Both the position numbers and the translations under genes were made by a program. This document shows, in pieces, positions 21,214-23,565 of a stretch of DNA of 23,565 nt (positions are counted from its first letter, which is position 1; the number at the start of each line of letters is the position of its first letter). This DNA is from Octopus sinensis (taxonomy: Eukaryota): assembly GCF_006345805.1 (NCBI RefSeq), contig NW_021836584.1, positions 1-23,565 of the forward strand, read 5' to 3'. The notes under the pieces were generated by a model that saw only the letters and a program-made list of their open reading frames with translations, was not told where the DNA came from and made no database searches.

Positions 21214-21384
21214 GTAAGGCGATTTCTTCATCTGTTTATACCCAGGTTAGATAAAATGCTTCATTGTATTTCTTCCGACTCTCTACGCCCTAGCTTCAAA
21301 TTCTACCACGCGAAACTTTGTCGTTCATCGTTTCACGTTCGATGAAAAATAGGAAAAAATAGGGGGTAAAAAAGGGTGTATCAA

Positions 21385-21533
21385 TAGGCGTATGGTTAAG
21401 AAGCTTGATTCCAACTATTTCGTCCCGGGTTCAACCCCACTGCGCGGCACCTCGGGCAGGTGTCTTTTACTATAGCCCCAGGGCTGATGAAAGCCCTGTG
21501 TGTGGATTTGCTAGATGAAAATGAAGAGAAGCC
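21385..21533 (+). mobile_element. Family B SINE head
   Basis: tggttaagaagcttg...gggttcaaccccactgcgcggcacctcgggcaggtgtctt...ggatttgctagatgaaaatgaagagaagcc. Confidence 0.8.
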
Positions 21534-21609
21534 TATATATATATATATATATATCATATATATATATATATATATATAATATATATTATATATATATATA
21601 TATATATTT

Positions 21610-21925
21610 AATCAGCCGAAATTGCGAGGATGATCCAGTTCTTAACTGAAGATTAGAGGCTTCGAATGACCCGTCCGTTTTTTTTGTGTCGTCTCTTTGA
21701 GTGTTTTGTAGATTCTTTGACTTGCTTTGAAGTTTTGCATTCGGTAAAATTTTGTTTATTTTAGTAGTGTTGACCGCATTGGTCCCTCTTAGCGTGCGGT
21801 ATCTATGAATAGTAGTACCCTCAATATAATATAAATAAATATTTTCAAAGTGGAAGAATTTACGGATTTTTTCTCTTACGAGGCTTTTTCACGCTAACTA
21901 CTGATAATTTCTTATAAAGATGTTA
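21610..21925. mobile_element. Unclassified non-coding block between (TA)n tracts, probably a retroelement end
   Basis: Flanked by TA microsatellite like the PLE tails; no ORF or diagnostic motif recognised. Confidence 0.3.
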
Positions 21926-22079
21926 TATTATATATATACGCATATATAATCATAGAATACACATACAAAGACTCATACAGACATGAATACATACATACAT
22001 ACAAATACATACGTATTTGTATGTCGTTTCAGTCGTGCCTCGACTCATAAGCACACATGGACACATAGACACACACACA

Positions 22080-22149
<70 letters not shown>

Positions 22150-22170
22150 CACTCACATACATGCGTGTAT

Positions 22171-22552
22171 TCTCTTTTATTCTCTTTTCCTTGTTTCAGT
22201 CATTTGACTGCGGCCATGCTGGAGCACCACCTTTTTAGTCGAGCAACTCGACCCCGGGACTTATTCTTTGTAAGCCCAGTACTTATTCTATCGGTCTCTT
22301 TTGCCGAACCGCTAAGTGACGGGGACATAAACACACCAGCATCGGTTGTCAAGCAATGCTAGGGGGACAAACACAGACACACAAACAAACGCACACACAT
22401 ATATATATATACATATATACGACGGGCTTCTTTCAGTTTCCATCTACCAAATCCACTCACAAGGCTTTGGTCGGCCCGAGGCTATAGTAGAAGACACTTG
22501 CCCAAGGTGCCACGCAGTGGGACTGAACCCGGAACCATGTGGCTGGTAAGCA
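22171..22552 (-). mobile_element. Near full-length, well-preserved family B SINE
   Basis: Minus strand gggttcagtcccactgcgtggcaccttgggcaagtgtcttc...(TA/TG)...gcttgacaaccgatgctgg...cttagcggttcggcaaaagagaccgatag...gactgaaacaag. Confidence 0.88.
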
Positions 22553-22601
22553 TTTACTTTTATTATATTTTTGTATAATTTGTTTTTTTTTTCTGTTTTA
22601 G

Positions 22602-22760
22602 TTTTGGGACGCATTGACTACGTGTTCGTTGATCAGGAATACGTGATCAGCAGTAAAACTGCGCGGATGGATCGAATTCGATCTGTGTTCGAGAGGGGGC
22701 CATTACGCGTTGAAGCTGCGGTTTACTCGAAAGAAACGAACAAAGTCTATTTAGCTTACG
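22602..22760 (+). CDS. MMP coding exon 8 (hemopexin-like repeats); the gene continues beyond the window
   Basis: gttttag|LGRIDYVFVDQEYVISSKTARMDRIRSVFERGPLRVEAAVYSKETNKVYLAYG|gtacgt resembles the I...W.GxP..IDAA.......YFFKG hemopexin pattern. Phase 1 to 1. Confidence 0.85.
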
Positions 22761-22779
22761 GTACGTATGCCTCTCATTT

Positions 22780-22970
22780 TTTACTCGTTTCAGTCACTGG
22801 ACAGCGCCCGTGCTGGAGCAACGCCTTGAAAAGTTTTACTCAAATGACTTGGCTCTCGGTACTTATAGCCTGCAACTTATATTATCGTATGCGTTTGTCG
22901 AACCGCCAAAGTTTTGTGGATGTGAACAAACCATCACCGGTTATCAAGCGGTGAGGAGGACAAACACGTA
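22780..22970 (-). mobile_element. Decayed family B SINE tail
   Basis: gtttcagtca...tgctggagcaacgcc...gaaccgccaaagtt...accggttatcaagcggtg parallels 22193-22370. Confidence 0.7.
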
Positions 22971-23027
22971 CATAAAAAAAAGTCACACATATATACATTA
23001 CATACATAATACATACTTACACATACC

Positions 23028-23060
<33 letters not shown>

Positions 23061-23168
23061 TGTGTGTGTGTGTATGTGTGTATGTGCGTGTGTGTGCACG
23101 TGAAGGCGCGTGGTTTAGCGGTTAGGGTATTCGGGTCACAAATATATGTGTGTGTGTGTATGTGTGTG

Positions 23169-23200
<32 letters not shown>

Positions 23201-23205
<5 letters not shown>

Positions 23206-23565
23206 GGTGCGATAAGTAAATTGTCGCCATTTTATATTTTTAATTTCGCGCATGTGCATTGTTGGTTTTTGATTTTGTCGACTACACAGTATAGTAGGGT
23301 CTGTTGAGCACCGTCTGTGTAAAAACCAGCATCATAACACAATTCACTCTGCTAAAAATTTGGAAACGACGTGCTGTACAGTTTGATATTCGCGCCGGAA
23401 GCTCCAATACGAACACTTCAGAGTACTTGGGTGTCAATCTGAAGACAGTGCAATCTGAGAACATGTACCGAGTGTGATAAAAATCAAACATCCAGTCAAC
23501 ATCATGGGGTTTGGAGTGGTCACTAGCGATGGCGACGTTATGTCACCATTCATCTTCCGCCACGG
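23201..23565 (+). mobile_element. Internally deleted Tc1/mariner superfamily (maT/DD37D-like) transposon running off the window
   Basis: The end of the window translates IKHPVNIMGFGVVTSDGDVMSPFIFRHG, matching the KHP..VMV.GVV.SDG..MP.FIF..G transposase segment. Begins with a CAG..GGTG-like terminus. Confidence 0.7.

Noticed and set aside
21616-21662. Type II hammerhead (GCC-GAAA ... CTGAAGA ... GGC)
   Set aside because: Stems I and III do not form convincingly and extra bases separate the core from stem II.

Overview
AT-rich, microsatellite-dense eukaryotic genomic DNA. The repeat content suggests a cephalopod (octopus-like) genome; this is pattern recognition, not a database result. The only host gene is a spliced + strand matrix metalloproteinase (MMP). 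Eight coding exons from 7749 to 22760 join with matching phases into an open frame of about 345 aa: signal peptide, pro-domain with the PRCGVKD cysteine switch, [12 protein letters not shown] zinc catalytic domain, hinge, and the start of a hemopexin domain that continues beyond the window. The rest is transposon-derived or simple repeat. At 1-3930 is a Naiad-like Penelope retroelement (PLE) with a long inverted 5' arm, RT thumb, GIY-YIG endonuclease and an apparently intact minimal type I hammerhead ribozyme. Nearby are fold-back PLE-like tails in (TA)n and a second PLE whose 3' region combines a tRNA-like Pol III head with a decayed hammerhead. The introns hold an R4/Dong-like fragment and a companion non-coding repeat in (TAA)n, Tc1/mariner elements, non-autonomous Helitrons, many tRNA-derived SINEs, a 21 x 39 bp minisatellite and a 56 bp perfect duplication. 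Most ORFs in the supplied track are microsatellite artefacts.
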